The notes under the pieces were generated by a model. It did no database searches. It saw only the letters and a program-made list of their open reading frames with translations, and was not told the DNA's origin. From Podarcis liolepis (lineage: Eukaryota): a stretch of DNA of 64,000 nucleotides. How positions within the stretch are numbered: the stretch's first letter is position 1; every line of letters begins with the position of its first letter. The stretch lies in NCBI GenBank assembly GCA_965112155.1, contig OZ218114.1. One strand, written 5' to 3'. Shown piece by piece: positions 1 through 13,274 of this stretch. The position numbers were made by a program, and so were the translations under genes.

Positions 1-1829
1 TCCCTAAAGCACTATAGGAAACCCCACTCCTGTCTCTGAGGTTGTCCAAGAGATAGGGGCCTGGCAGAGTCCAGGATTTGTGCTCAGATGGGAACATGGC
101 CCGTCTAGTGCGGCTGAGAATAGAACAATATATCTTATAGAATGTTGAATGGCTATCATGTCTTCCTTCAGTGCTCTTTCATTGCCTAGTTCCACCCCAC
201 CTTCATTTGGACGATCATGAACATTTTTGCTCAATATCTCCTGAACTGAATGCTCCCCAGATCTTGCAAGCTTTTCCCTGGAGTCAAATTTAAAAGCTCA
301 TCTGCTACCTTTTTTTTTGCTATTGAGTGCCAGCAGTCGGTTCCATTCCATTCAAGCAGGCCTTTTGTAGACTCGGCACCCTACATTGATGCTGACGTGT
401 GCAACAACCAAGGCCTTCCCAGCCTATCAAGGAAAAGCATGACGCTGTCGCCATCATCACCATTGTCTATTTATGACCTGCTTTTCCATGTTAAGCCATG
501 CTCAAAGCAGCTCACACATCAATAAGTTTTCATAAGATAATTCACTAACAATTACAAGGTATAACAAAATTTAAATAGTCATATAAACAATATGCTTGTT
601 AAATCACATATTAATGAACAGACTTATCAATGGATTATCAATGGATTGTTTGATGTTAAAGAAGAAGCCAGATTAAAGTAAAAATCACACATTTCCAAAA
701 TTAAGCATCTTGACTCCAGCAACAGCCCTTAAACAATACCCCGCCCATCTGGCTGGGCTTCCCCAGCCACTCTGGGTGGCTTCCAAAAAAATATTAAAAT
801 ACTGTAATACATCAAACAACTGTAATACATCAATGATCTCTATGCACCAGGTTCAACCTTTATATAGCTTGAGTTTGTCAGAAGGTAGAAATGATCAGGA
901 TAGAGAGAGAAAAGGCCACAGGAAATCAGTCCAGAACATAGTCCAGAGACAAGATTAGGCAATGGTCCAAGCTCAATGCCACAGGGAGTCCAAACAATGT
1001 ACAGCAAGGTTCAAGAGCCCAAAACCTGCACTGGTCCCTCCAAGAACAACTGCAGCTGAATAACCACCGTCGTCTTTAGCATCTTCCTCCTCCAATAGCA
1101 CCATTGTTATCAATGAAGGCATAACTGTCCTTAATGGCTAGGAGTGCCTTTTACCTTTTCTTGTTGGGAAGCTGCAGGTTATACAGAACATGGTGGCTGG
1201 AGTGCTGTACAGAGTAGCCTACCACAACCATATTTTACCAGTTCTGAAGGAGCTGCATTGGCTACCATTTTTTTTACTGAGCCACATTTAAGGTGTTCTT
1301 GCTGACGCAAAACTCTGTACAATTTGGAGGCTGGATATCTGAAGGAACACCTTCTCCCCTAATAGACCTGACCAATTGCTAAGATCATCAGAGGTGGCTG
1401 TCCCAGCAAGTGTAAGCAGCAATCCAAGGAAATGCCTTTTCTATGGAGGAACCAACTCTCTGGAGCTCCCTCACCTCTGAAAAGAGACAGGATGAGTGTT
1501 TGATGCCATCTTTAAGACCCACCCTTGCTGGTTACTGATTCCCAGCTTGGATTAAGAGGTAGAGCTGGAAACAGTGGGTGACATATTGCAGGTCTTTAAT
1601 ACGCTGCTTTTTGTGTGCTGCTCTGGTGTCTCTCAGGTTCCCTAGGCTTTGGCAGAAGGTGTCATCTGAGGAGAAGAGGGTCTCCTTTCAAAGCCATTCT
1701 CTTCTTTGGTTTCTCTCTGGTGTCCAGTTCCAGTGATACCTCCTTTCCTATAGGGAGCTGTGGTAACTTTAACCCCCTATGAAATGGAGTAGGTACACAT
1801 GATGACAAGGGGCTCTGGGCATCTCTGGG

Positions 1830-2370
1830 CCACGATCGCTGGCAGGGGAGATGGCGCCTCCCTCGCTCGCTCGCACTCCCCATCTGCGCCCGACACAGAA
1901 CCCTGCTAGGTCTTCCATGGCGGAATAAATGAATGTTTGCAAAGCACTTTTGAGACCTGGGGCGGAAGGTGTTGGCGCTCCACGAGAGGCAGCCTCCGTC
2001 TCCAGATCTAATCCCCTCCCCCAGAGGGCTGAGGCTCAAACGCTCGGCAGAGGCAGGAGGCTGGGGCAGATGGCCTCTCCTCAGGAGGGTGGGGGATTAA
2101 TTATTTCCTTCCAAGAAAAACAAAAAGCTGCATTTAATTTACAGAAGCAGGAAGAATATGATAGAAATTGACCAATTAATCGTGCCCATGCCAAAGCCTC
2201 ACAGCTGAGGGCATCGGAGCAGCTCTCGCCCCTGCCCCCTTGCACCTTAGACAAAAGCTCCGCGCGCGCTGAGCGCTGGGCAGGCAGACAATGCGCTCCC
2301 CGGTTGGCTTTCGAAGGGGGTTTCCAGACGGGGCTCACCCCAGGGTCGTTGCTTTTCCGCTGGAAGCTGC
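1830..2370. promoter_or_regulatory. Small CpG-rich element with a homeodomain-site cluster (candidate enhancer)
   Basis: Local CpG enrichment; TAATCC 2009-2014, GGATTA 2094-2099, CAATTAAT 2173-2180. Confidence 0.35.
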
Positions 2371-2390
2371 GTGCAGATTTGAAATAGACT

Positions 2391-2530
2391 CATGGGCGTA
2401 GCCAAGGGGGAGCAGGGGGCAATTGCCCCCCCCGAAGTAAAACAATAGAAATAATTAACTAACGTACCAATCACATCGGTTCTGCCCCCCTCCTAACAAA
2501 AGTCCTGCCCCCCCTAACAAAAATCCCGAC
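2391..2530. mobile_element. Truncated hAT-type MITE (CATGGGCGTAG family)
   Basis: Same terminus and similar internal sequence as the intact copy at 60130-60312; other TIR missing. Confidence 0.6.
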
Positions 2531-3314
2531 GTGTACCCTACGTGTTCATCCCGGTGTACCCCATCTCCCTACTGCGTGTCACCTTGCTGGGTGGGCGAGG
2601 AAGGGAAGCTCACCTCCGCATCCCATGTTTTATAAAGTCACTTTTCATCCATTTCTATATATTATTTTGGCAATTTGCACTGAAATGCTTTTTTTTCATA
2701 ATTCCAGCGCTACTAGTTCGATGTTAGAAAGCAGAAGAAATTAGAAGACTCCGCGGGGGGGAATTAACACAGTGGTGGGTCCAATCAGAAGGACCAAAAG
2801 GCAGAATGGGGTGTGTGTGTAAAAATCAGTTGTTAACTTTGCACTAAAATGCTTTTTCGTTTGAGCCATTTTGTGCAAATAATTTAATATTTTAAAACAA
2901 TAATAAACACAAGCACATGTTGAAATATTGATTTAAAACACCACCACCTGGCTATAACTGCTTAGCCCGGAAAGAGACTTCCACGCCCAAGGACCTCACT
3001 GCTTTTAAAAGCCGGAAGACCAGCTCGGCGCCGAGGCGATCCACGTGGAATGTACCGCTTTCAAAAAGCAGGATTTTCTGCAGTTGGAGGGGGGAAACGG
3101 AAGGAGCACAGCGAAAGCAACCTTTTGTTGACGATGTCATGTAGCTGCCTAGCAAAGGATGTGTGTTCCCTAGAGGAGAGTGAGGCGGGTCATGCAAAAC
3201 ATAACTGGGGCTCTCCAGCCTTGGGTTACTTCCCCTTAAGTAAGTAGCAGGGGGTGCTAAGCTAGCTAGCTCCTTAAAGCACTATCAAGTTGTTTTTAAC
3301 CCTTTTAGCTCAGT

Positions 3315-3725
3315 GTTGTTGTTTAGTTGTTTAGTCGTGTCCGACTCTTCGTGACCCCATGGACCAGAGCATACCAGGCACTCCTGTCTTCCACCGCCTC
3401 CCACGGTTTGGTCAAACTCATGCTGGTAGCTTCGAGAACACTGTCCAACCATCTCGTCCTCCGCCGTCCCCTTCTCCTTGTGCCCTCAATCTTTCCCAAC
3501 ATCAGGGTCTTTTTCAGGGAGTCTTCTCTTCTCATGAGGTGGCCAAAGTATTGGAGCCTCACCTTCAGGATCTGTCCTTCCAGTGAGCACTCAGGGCTGA
3601 TTTCCTTAATCTTCTTGCAGTCCATGGGACTCTCAAGAGTCTCCTCCAGCACCATAATTCAAAAGCATCAATTCTTCGGGGATCAGCCTTCTTTATGGTC
3701 CAGCTCTCACTTCCATACATCACTA
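3315..3725 (-). mobile_element. RTE-BovB LINE, 5'-truncated 3' end
   Basis: Translates to the BovB C-terminus (LQYFGHLMRREDSLKKTLMLGKIEG...RWLDSV...VHGVTKSRTRL); (CAA)-like tail; 11-bp TSD TTTAGCTCAGT at 3304-3314 and 3726-3736. Confidence 0.92.
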
Positions 3726-4409
3726 TTTAGCTCAGTATTTCCTTTCAAAATCCCATCCAAACCCATGGGGCAGAAACAGGCTGGGGCAAAGCAGTACCAC
3801 ATATTTCAGAGCAGAGGCATCAATATCCTTGTCTCCTGGTGCTATTTGTCAGTCTTTGGTAGGCCAAAGAAAAACTTTTTTTCCCTGCCAGAAAAACCTA
3901 CCAAAGAAGCTGAGCAGAGGAAGAGGGCAGGTTGCATTAGCATGCATCCTTAAGGGTTACACTGCCACTATTATTTTTTAAAAAATCTGAAGTCGCATTA
4001 TTAGGACCAACAAAAACGCCACAAAATAGTGAGCAAACTTTGAATTCCCCAGAACTGTTCATCAGACTGATTGTTAGCCAAAGCAGTTGTGCTGGTGGGG
4101 TCCTGGTGCTGGTGGGGTATTGAGAAAAAGGCTGGCTTGGGATTAAGTCATAAATCTCTGCATTGTTCAAAAGTTATTTTTTTGTTGTGTCGTCTTAGAA
4201 GGGGCATGGCAAGGGGGTGTTGTCATGGTCAGTGCCACCACTGAGTTCAAAGCAGCTTCAGAGTAGTCTTTCAAAGCCAGGAGGAGGAGGAAGAGGAGGA
4301 AATATTAAGAATATAACAACATCTAGTCCAGGATCCTGCCCTTGGGAAGCCTGAAAGCAGGATCTGAGCACAACAGCACTCTCCCCTCCTGCAGTTTCCA
4401 GCAAACAGT

Positions 4410-4972
4410 GTTTATTTATTTATTTTTATTAAAGATTTTCTTGTTTTACAGAAGTATGTATAATGTCTCTCGTATTTTTTCCATGTAACATTTTTACAAA
4501 TCAGTTTCATTTGTTGAGACATTAGTGGGCGGGAAAGGGGTGGAGGGGGGGGGAGATGGGTGGGGGTGGGTCGGGTGGCGATGTTTCTATTTTGCTTAAT
4601 GTATGTAGGGTTTCGTGTCAGCGTTGCTCGTGCCGGTTCTCTGCTGTTCATTTGTGTTTCCTTGGTGGTGAGAGAGGTTGGGGTTGGCCTATTGTGTGGT
4701 TGTTTGTTTGTGATTGGCTGTGGTGATCTTTGTTTTCATGTGTGAGTGGGGTGGGCGGGTGTTTTGGATCAGGTTAGCCATATTGATTTGTATGCTGTTG
4801 GTGGGTTATTGTCATTGTCTTGTTGGGCTGTGTATGTGATAAAGGGGAGCCATACCTGGGTAAAGGCGTCTTCTTCTGTTTGTCCCTGTGTCAGTTTCAG
4901 TTTATTGGTTAATTTTTCTAGTAAGGCTGTTTCCCATACTATTTGGTACCATTTGTGGTACAGCTTAGCCAT
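4410..4972 (-). mobile_element. L1/Tx1-like LINE 3' fragment
   Basis: A-rich tail; ORF2-like end (WYQIVWETALLEKLT...WLPFITY); close second copy at 45846-46440. Confidence 0.75.
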
Positions 4973-7900
4973 TGTGGTTAGTAGTCACTGATAGCCAACA
5001 CTCTGCTTCACTGGACGTCCCCGAGTTCTATTGTGTTCTCTTTTGGATAGTCTCACAATCCCTTTTTGTTTTAACCACCCTGACAAATTCAGCAAACTCC
5101 AGCAAACTTAGCCACTTCATTGTACAGCCCAGCACCTTAGTGTTGAGCTGTGTGTGTGTGGAGGAGAAAGAAATGGTGTTTCCACTAAGCCCACATCTAC
5201 TTTGGATTACTTCCAGAGTGCATGTCACTTTTCCTACACAATTTGAATGCAACTCTAAGGAATATCAGGAGCTGCCATATACAAAGTCAGACTGCAAGTC
5301 CCTCTAGCTCAATTATATCTACACTGACAGGCAGTGGCTCTCCAGGAGTTCAGGCAGGGGTCTCTCCTTGAGGATTGAACCAGGACCTTCTGAATGGAAA
5401 GCAGATACGCTTTCAATGAGCCATGGCCCTCCCCCAAATTCAGTTGGCACAATTTGTGAGTGAATTTATAGGGGTTCTGAAAGAGCCTCAGCAATTGGGG
5501 GGTGGGCACAGGGAAGAAATCGGCTCTTGAGAATTAGCATAGGCTCACCAGCCAAAAGCTGTGTATTATAGTTTTTCTCAAGCGGTACCATCTTTCCAAT
5601 TATACACTTTAAATATCTTGTCCTACTTTGACTTCTAGGGTGAGGCTTGGTTTTGTAAACTTTAAATGGATAGGCATTTGGGAGGAGGCATTGCTGTGTC
5701 TGTGGCTTGACCCCTGGCGCTCTGCCCCTCTCCGTCAGCTCTCAGGTCCCCAGGGCCCCCTCTACAAGGAGATTAGTTTGGCTTCTTCCAGTTGAACCCT
5801 AATGATCGCTCATCTTTGAGTTTAGTTGCTGATCCTGGACAGATGGTCTCAGGAGGTATCACGTCACAGAGTTTGTGGCTCACATGAGCCCCACCTGGCT
5901 GGTCTGCAATGGGGCACACACACCCCTCCCTGGGCTGCTCACTTCACCTGCTATTGACACTAGAGCAGCTTGTGGGTAGGAAGCAAGTTGAGGTGGATAG
6001 GGTAACGCAAATGCTGTGCTGCGTGCCATCTGGTGCCCAGACAGCACTCCCCACCCCCCCACCCCGCTTAGGAAATCCAGCCAAGGCTTTTCAGCCCCCT
6101 TAATCTGTTCACTTCAAGCAGCAAAGGACCCAGCAAGTGGGCCGCCCCATCTATGTGGATTAGAGGGATGATGTGGGGCCCAAGCATGGATGGAAGATGA
6201 GCAAAAGAGGATGCAGAGAACTGGCCACATTTGGAGCGTGGAAAGGAATCTTTGTTTTGAGGCTGCAGCCACCTGGGGAAACGATCCCTTATTATTTTTG
6301 AGACGGTGACATTCTCTTGCTTAGGACAGTTTAGTTTTGAGGGCACATTGAATTCTCAGAAGGCACACACATTATTTTGGATCAACTGATAGATAAAGGG
6401 GGAAATCCAGTTTTAATAAGTCATCCCCCGTTTCTTGTATATAGAATTGGGTTTGTTATTAGCTTCAGGGGGAGGGTTGCCTCTCCTAGAGAATAGGCAT
6501 GGGGGGGGGGGTCAGCCAATTTCCACTTTGGGGATGGAGTCGTCTTCTTCACCCTTGTTACCATTGCCAAATACTGTATTTATAATGATTCACTAATGAC
6601 TCCATAAGTGACATATGAGCCAACTCCTAGGAGCTAAAGGGTCTTCACCCCTTCAAAAATATTAGAGGAGGCTGGGCCCATCAAAAGTTCATTAGCGTTG
6701 CCATTCAAATAGTGTGTGTGCACTGCATCATGTGATCTATTATGCAGGGCGGGGCTTGCCTCCCCCCCCCAATATTTTATTCAAGTTGGCACCTCTGATC
6801 AGTGACATCACTTCCCATCCCTGCAGCGAAACCTCAGAGATATTTTAGCAAGCAGTTTGCTTGCTCAATGGATGTATCTATCTCTGAAACTTTGCCCACC
6901 CCTTGAGAAATGCACCCCATGGAACCTGCTTTAACTATGACAAGGTCAGAAAACAAATCACACCTTCATCCTGCCCTCTTTGCTTAGGGTACACATTAGA
7001 CCAATAATCCCCATCAAATGCATTGCTTCTTTCTCTATTGCAAATACCAGGTTTGCATTAAGGCAGCTTGCTCTGGGAACCACCTATTCCCCTTCCTGGT
7101 TAGAAGCAGGATGGTGACAAGTACACAAAAATTTGAATATTCATCTCCTTTTGTTAATGCTCTTGTTTGAATATATAAACCAAACTTTAAGAAGCTCTGG
7201 ATAACATAATGTGCCTAGCTTATAATTTGCAATTCATAGTTTGTGAATTCTCCATGTTATTTAAACTCCCTTCCTTTGCACAGCAAGGAAGCCAAGCAGT
7301 GACTTCAAGAGACTCCCTGCAATGATACAGAAAGGAGAGAAGATGTCATGCCGATGGCACCACACCCCAAATACCTGAACAATTGGGCATGGGGCCAAAT
7401 TAGGCCTACCAAGGGTCCCCGTTTCCCCTACCTCCCCCACACCTGATATCAGTGGTTGGACAGGTAAATATATGGCTGCAATTGGGTGTGTTCAGAGTGT
7501 ACATTCCCAGTTGTTCCTCTGCAAGCAGGGATTGCCCTTGCTGATTTTAAACTTTGCCTACCATCTGCATTTTACTGCCCCACACCTTGTTACAAAAGGC
7601 TAGTGCTCAGAAGAGGACACGTTTATATGAATGCTCAAAACTTTGCAGAAAAATAAGGTAAAGTTTTAAGGCATTCCAGCGTATGTATAGAAGGCCAGCA
7701 TTTCCATCATAAGTTTTGTTGAAAATGTCCTGGAGAAGGATAGATCTGGAGTCAGGGAAGCAGAGGCTGGCTTACAAGGGAAGAATGTCTCGACACCGGG
7801 GCTAGGGACTCCTGGGCAAAATGTATACCCAGGCTGACCTCTAGTGGCCCTCAGCTGAACACCAACCCATCTAAAAGCTTCTGTATGAACTTAGTGGGAG

Positions 7901-8041
7901 AGTCTGCCAATGGAAACCATAGGGCCACTGCAGCCTCCCTAATCATAGCACATGGTTTGTTACCTCACTCAGTTTGTGTATACATAGGGCAATCTTTTAA
8001 ATTTAGGGTGGATTTTTAGGAGCTCTAAGTTGGAGCCTGGA

Positions 8042-8402
8042 GGGACGCAGGTGGCGCTGTGGTCTAAACCACTGAGCCTAGGGCTTGCCGATCAGAAGGT
8101 CGCTGTTCGAATCCCTGCGACGGAGTGAGCTCCCATTGTTTGGTCCCAGCTCCTGCCAACCTAGCAGTTCGAAAGCACGCCAGTGCAAGTAGATAAATAG
8201 GTACCACTCCAGCAGGAAGGTAAATGGCATTTTCGTGTGCTTCTCTGGTTTCTCCAGAAGCGACGTAGTCATGTTGGCCACATGACCCGGAAAAATTGTC
8301 TGTGGACAAACGTTGGCTCCCTCGGCCAGTAAAGCAAGATGAGCGCTGCAACCCCAGAGTCGTTCACGACTGGACTTAACCGTCAGGGGTCCTTTACCTT
8401 TA
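8042..8402 (+). mobile_element. Sauria SINE (Squam1), near full length
   Basis: tRNA-like head with A box GGTGGCGCTGTGG and B box GTTCGAATCC; characteristic core; (ACCTTT)n tail; degenerate TSD ctct(t)aaRttggagcc. Confidence 0.9.
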
Positions 8403-11095
8403 CTCTTAAATTGGAGCCAGCGCCACTCTGGAAGGTGTGGTAAAAGGGTTTCCTCCCTGCCAGCCACCAGAGAGCCTTGCTGAATGCTACACAGACACAC
8501 CCCATTCCATTGTGAATCGCAGGATGGCCTGGGGCTCACGCCAGCACTGGAGGTCAGAGAAAGCATGTTTTAAATTGTGCACCTCTTTAAGCTGAAGGTT
8601 GAGCTGGGAGTTTGTGGCTGGAAGGGAACTGAAGAAGAAGTGGCTGGCTGGCTGGCCGGGTCATTGGCTATGAGGGTTAAAGGCCAGAGGAGACGATACT
8701 GGCATCATGAGAACAAAGGAGGCATCTTCTCTCTTTGGCATGGAAGGTGGGAAGGAAATGAATTTCCTAGGACCTTCTTTTTGGTTAAGGAATGTTTTGA
8801 TGTTGTGGTACTCAGATCCCACCTTGTCTGTATACTGTTTCCTGCAGTAGCCAGGCAAATATCACTTGAGAAGTTTGCAAACAGGGCATAAGGACCAGAG
8901 ACATCCCTTGTTGTTTGTCCCTGGAAGCTGTCATTCACAGGTAGACTAACTCTGAACGTGGAGTCTTCATCTGGCTAGCAAGGCTGATAGGAAGGACATC
9001 TGTTGATAGAGCAGGTAGGAGGACCAGAAGGAAGGTGCAGTGGGCCTAGCTTGGGTTTTCACCCCCCCACACAAAAGCACACACTGCTGAAGCACCAGTT
9101 GTTCATGTAAATGTGCCTATTTCCAAGTTAGTATATTGCAATCAGAAGTGTCGGAAGTCTTCAGAAAGGGCTGTAGCTCAGTGGTACAGTACATACTTTG
9201 CATTCAGAAGGTCCCATGTTCAATCCCTGGCATCTCCAACTGGGAGAAAATCCCATCTGAAACCCTGGAGAGATGCTGCCAGCCAGCATAGACAGTGCTG
9301 AGCTAGATTGACTGGTCGTCTGGCTCAGCAGAAGGCTGATGTAAAAAGGGAGAGTCTTCTGCCTTTTCAATAGCTGTGCAGATGACATCGGCCCAAGCAT
9401 TACGCAGAGAGAGACATTTGCCTCAGGCAGCACCAACTTGGATCAGGCCTTGACCCACTACTGGGTCCATCCATTGAAAATATGAGCCATGTGTGCTACA
9501 GGCACCTCCTAAAAGGGCCTCCTGCCACCCATGTACACTGGAGGGTGTTGTGCCACCCCATTACTCATGTTGAAGTGAGAGTCAATGGCCACTCCTCTCC
9601 TTTGGTCCAGCCTACAAAATGTCCTGGTGCAGGAGGAGGAGGCGGCTCTCCTGCAGTTCACCATCAGTCTATGCTGTCTGCCTCGGTCCTCTTTTCCACC
9701 CCAGTCTGCAACAGAAAAGTTGCAGCAGGAGACCAGCCAAGGGGCCCACATGTGCAGAGAAGTGCAGCTGTGACCAGGCAACTGACCCATCAGCATTTCC
9801 ATCACAAACAGCTCCGTTTATCACAAGGAGTTTTCTGTTAGAATTCTATCCGCAGGAACATTTGCAGTGAGTATCTCAGCTGTGTCTCCTTCACTCCTCC
9901 TTCCAACTCTTTGGGGGGAAATGCTTCTTTGTAAGGACCAGATCTATCCTACCCACCCCAAGTACTGTATCTTGCCCCCAACATGCACACGTTTAGCGCC
10001 CAGCCATTAACAGCCTCGTGGGTGTCTGGCAATGGCCTGAATATGCAGTTCCAAACCTCATGCTCATCTGAAGCTCAGGTGCCAAGATGTAGTTGAGGGG
10101 GTTGCTTAGAGTCATAGAATAGTAGAGTTGGAAGGAACCCCTGCAATGCAGGGAACCTTTGCCCAATATGAGGCTTGAACCTAGAACCCTGAGCTATCCA
10201 TCTCGCTTGCTCAAGGTGGCCCAGAGACATCACTCTCGTCCAACTGCAGTACATTTCACACTTTATGGAAGGGGGGAGTGTTGGCAACACGTTGCCAAAG
10301 ACTGGTCGCGGAGGACAGCACACACACTGGAATTTCTGCACAAGCTCCATTTGGAAAGAATGTCACAAAGCAGGCTCCTGCTTTTGTCAGTTAGCTTGAA
10401 AACATAAGGACACAGCTGTTGGGAGAGTGGCAGACACCAGGTGGCAGCACCAGTCCGTCTTTGCCAGGCCTGGCCAGACTACCGGTAGTTTGTCATTTGG
10501 AGTTTCAAATGTGGAGGGGGGTGGCAGAGGGGAGAGAGGTGCCATTACAGGGAAACACACAAACACCCTCAGCACAGAGAGTACAGGATTCCAGTATGAG
10601 CATCCTGTCTGACATTGCAAGGGATCCTGCTAAGGGATTCCTCTGGAGCACACCTGGCTGCTTCACTTGTGCCCCTAAACACCTAGTTTGGGTTGCTTCT
10701 ATAGCTGCTATGCTACTGGCAGTTTTCTTTGCAGTCCCTGTTCATTCTCTGTGTCGAGAGGAGGCAGCAGCATATTCCCTGACCCGGCCAGCAGGCCTAT
10801 ATGTTCTATAGGCATCCAGCAAAAATAATAATGTCTGAGAACCACCTGGGAGCTGGCAGTATGTATGCGTGCAGTGTGGGTTTTGCTTTAGGAATTTCAC
10901 CCACAAATTTTCCTCTTCACTCCTTCTGTGAATCCTAGATTTATGGTGTAGATTCACTCTGATAAGCAAACACAGTATCTCGTCTCAGCATAAAGATTAT
11001 TCCACATTTATTATGAATAAGATTTTGTGGACTGGAGTCCACTTTATCTGATTTACTATATAATAAAAACTCTTTCCCAGCCTGCTCTTTAGGTA

Positions 11096-11681
11096 CCGTA
11101 TTTTTCGCCCCATAGGACGCACTGGCCCATAGGACACATCAAGTTTTTTGGGGGGAAATAAAGGGGGGGGTTATTTTTCCCCCCAGGTGCTTGTGGGGCC
11201 AGCAGCGGAGAGAAGCGCTCTTCTTCCCGCAGCCCGCCTTCAGATCAGGTCCGGGAACAGCGGGGAGGTGCGCTGCGCCTCCCAGCTGTCCCCGGAGCTT
11301 GTGGGGCAGGCAGCGGGGGAAAGCGCTCTTCTCCCCGCCGCCCACCTTCAGATCAGGTCCGGAGACAGCAGGAAGACGCGCTGCACCTCCCAGCTGTCCC
11401 CGGAGCTTGCGGGGCTGGTGGCAGGGTCTCCCCGCCGTCAGCCTCCAAACCACTTCAGGAGACAGCGGGATGGCGGCGTTCCGCCTCCCTCTGTCCCCCG
11501 ACCTTGTGGGGCTGGTGCTGGGGCTCTCCTGAAGCCTGGAGAGCGAGAGGGGTCGGTGCGCACCGACCCCTCTCACTCTCCAGGCTTCAGCGAAAGCCTG
11601 CATTCGCCCCATAGGACGCACACACATTTCCCCTTCATTTTTGGAGGGGAAAAAGTGTGTCCTATAGGGCGAAAAATACGG
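11096..11681. mobile_element. Tc1/mariner-pogo (Tigger-like) MITE
   Basis: TIR CCGTATTTTTCGCCC at both ends, TA TSD, internal ~120-bp GC-rich tandem duplication. Confidence 0.88.
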
Positions 11682-12429
11682 TATTTAGAACGGCAACTCC
11701 CATTATCATTGCTGACTATCAGCTATGCCTGCTGCTGCTGCTGCAAGTTGGGCAGTTTGGCACCAGGTTTGGGAAGGCAGTTTTAAGGTGCTCCAAGACT
11801 CTCCACTGCTGCTTGTGCTACCACATACACTAACACAGCTTTGGCTGCTCTGAAAGTTCAGTCCCAATAAGCCCACAGAAGTCACAATCCAGTTGGGCAT
11901 CACTCACAAACAGGAATCTGCCTTATCCTGAGTCAGATCGTTGGTCCATCTAGCTCAATATCATTGGCAGTAACTCTCCAGGGTTTCAGGAAGGGGTCAG
12001 GAGACATTCCCAACCTTACCTAGAGATACTAGCGAGGGCTTGGGACCTTCTGCATGCAAAGCACGTGCTCCATCACTGAGCTATGGCTCCTCCCCAAACA
12101 ACTAAGAAAGAGAGAAAGAGAAATAAATGCCTTTTCACCTGGCAAAGCTGGGATCTTGGCCTGTACACACTTCCTCCAGTGTACCTGGTACAGAAGGGGA
12201 GGTGATGCCAACTGCTCTTCATTATATGGTAGCAAGAACTGGCGCTGCTCCCAGCGAGCTGAGGGGTGCTTCTCAGCCAAGGAGCCCTTGTGCCCAGTGG
12301 CCATGATGGGGTCAGGATTGAGATGGCCCCAGACCTGGACACATCTGGAACAAATGGAGAGGAGGCAGAGAAATTGGATCAAGAGCAGTTGCCCCTCCCT
12401 TCTGCACAAACAACACAACAAATGTCACT

Positions 12430-12628
12430 CTTCCCTAGTGGACATTTTATTAAATAAAGCACAGAAGAAAGCAATCTGTTTTACAGAAAGAGAATTCCAG
12501 GCAGACTGGGTGCAGCTCCGAAATCAGAAAGCTGCTCTGTTCATTTGTCGAGTGCAAAAGATTTGGCTGCTGTGATGGGCCTATCCCTTTGGCTCCAGCA
12601 GGGACCTCATCGGCTGGTCAGAGGAGTG
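12430..12628 (-). other. FXYD2: FXYD2 terminal non-coding 3'UTR exon
   Basis: Acceptor ...cttccactctccccctttgcag; AATAAA on minus at 12446-12451 followed by a GU-rich tract. 3' end approximate. Confidence 0.65.
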
Positions 12629-13274
12629 CTGCAAAGGGGGAGAGTGGAAGACATAAAATGTTGGTGAACCACCCTTAACCAAGCTATACATGCCCCCACC
12701 ATCCTTCCCTCCATGTCTGTTGCTTCCCCCATGACTCAATTTTAGAAGTTCTTTGAGAGCAGGGATCTTCCATTGTTGCTCCTGCAGCTCTGTGAGGCGC
12801 CAAGTATTCTGGCAGGGCAGTATAAAGAGATAAGAGAATCCATAAAGAGAGGGCAATTGCTCTGGTGTTAGTGGAGTCTTTCCAGGGGGCATGTTCCTTG
12901 CACAGCCTTGGGGAAATTTCCTTCCCTGGGCTGGGATGACTCAGGATGACCACATTCCCAGGTCCAGAAATTGATCTGCTAGTCTGGAACTGGGTCATGT
13001 GTGTCTGATTTGAAGGCCTGGCATGGCCCTGGAGAACAGGGTCTGCAACAAGCAGCAGTGAAGTCCAAGATGAGCAACTGACTAGCAAGGACAAGGAAGG
13101 GGACCCCTCATTGGAGGCTTCCCTTTCCAAAGGACTCCTCATTGGAGGCTTCCCTTTCCAAAGGACTTTACAAGGGACTGGTCAAGGGGCGGTACCAGGC
13201 TAGAGCCCCTTCAAGCTGTTGCCAGAGGAAAGGCACCTCTGAGGCCCCTCGGCCGCCACCAAACATACCAGAAT

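Noticed and set aside
1-3300. DSCAML1 first exon, expected from synteny
   Set aside because: No signal-peptide exon resembling DSCAML1 with a donor site found; the gene probably starts outside the window.
3327-3953. 208-aa plus-strand ORF
   Set aside because: Antisense reading of the BovB fragment running into flank.
8042-8115. tRNA-like A/B boxes (also ~9170-9230, 20990-21069, 58040-58100)
   Set aside because: SINE heads or decayed SINE remnants; no complete cloverleaf.
11139-11786. 162-212 aa ORFs with an internal repeat
   Set aside because: Produced by the tandem duplication inside a Tigger-like MITE.
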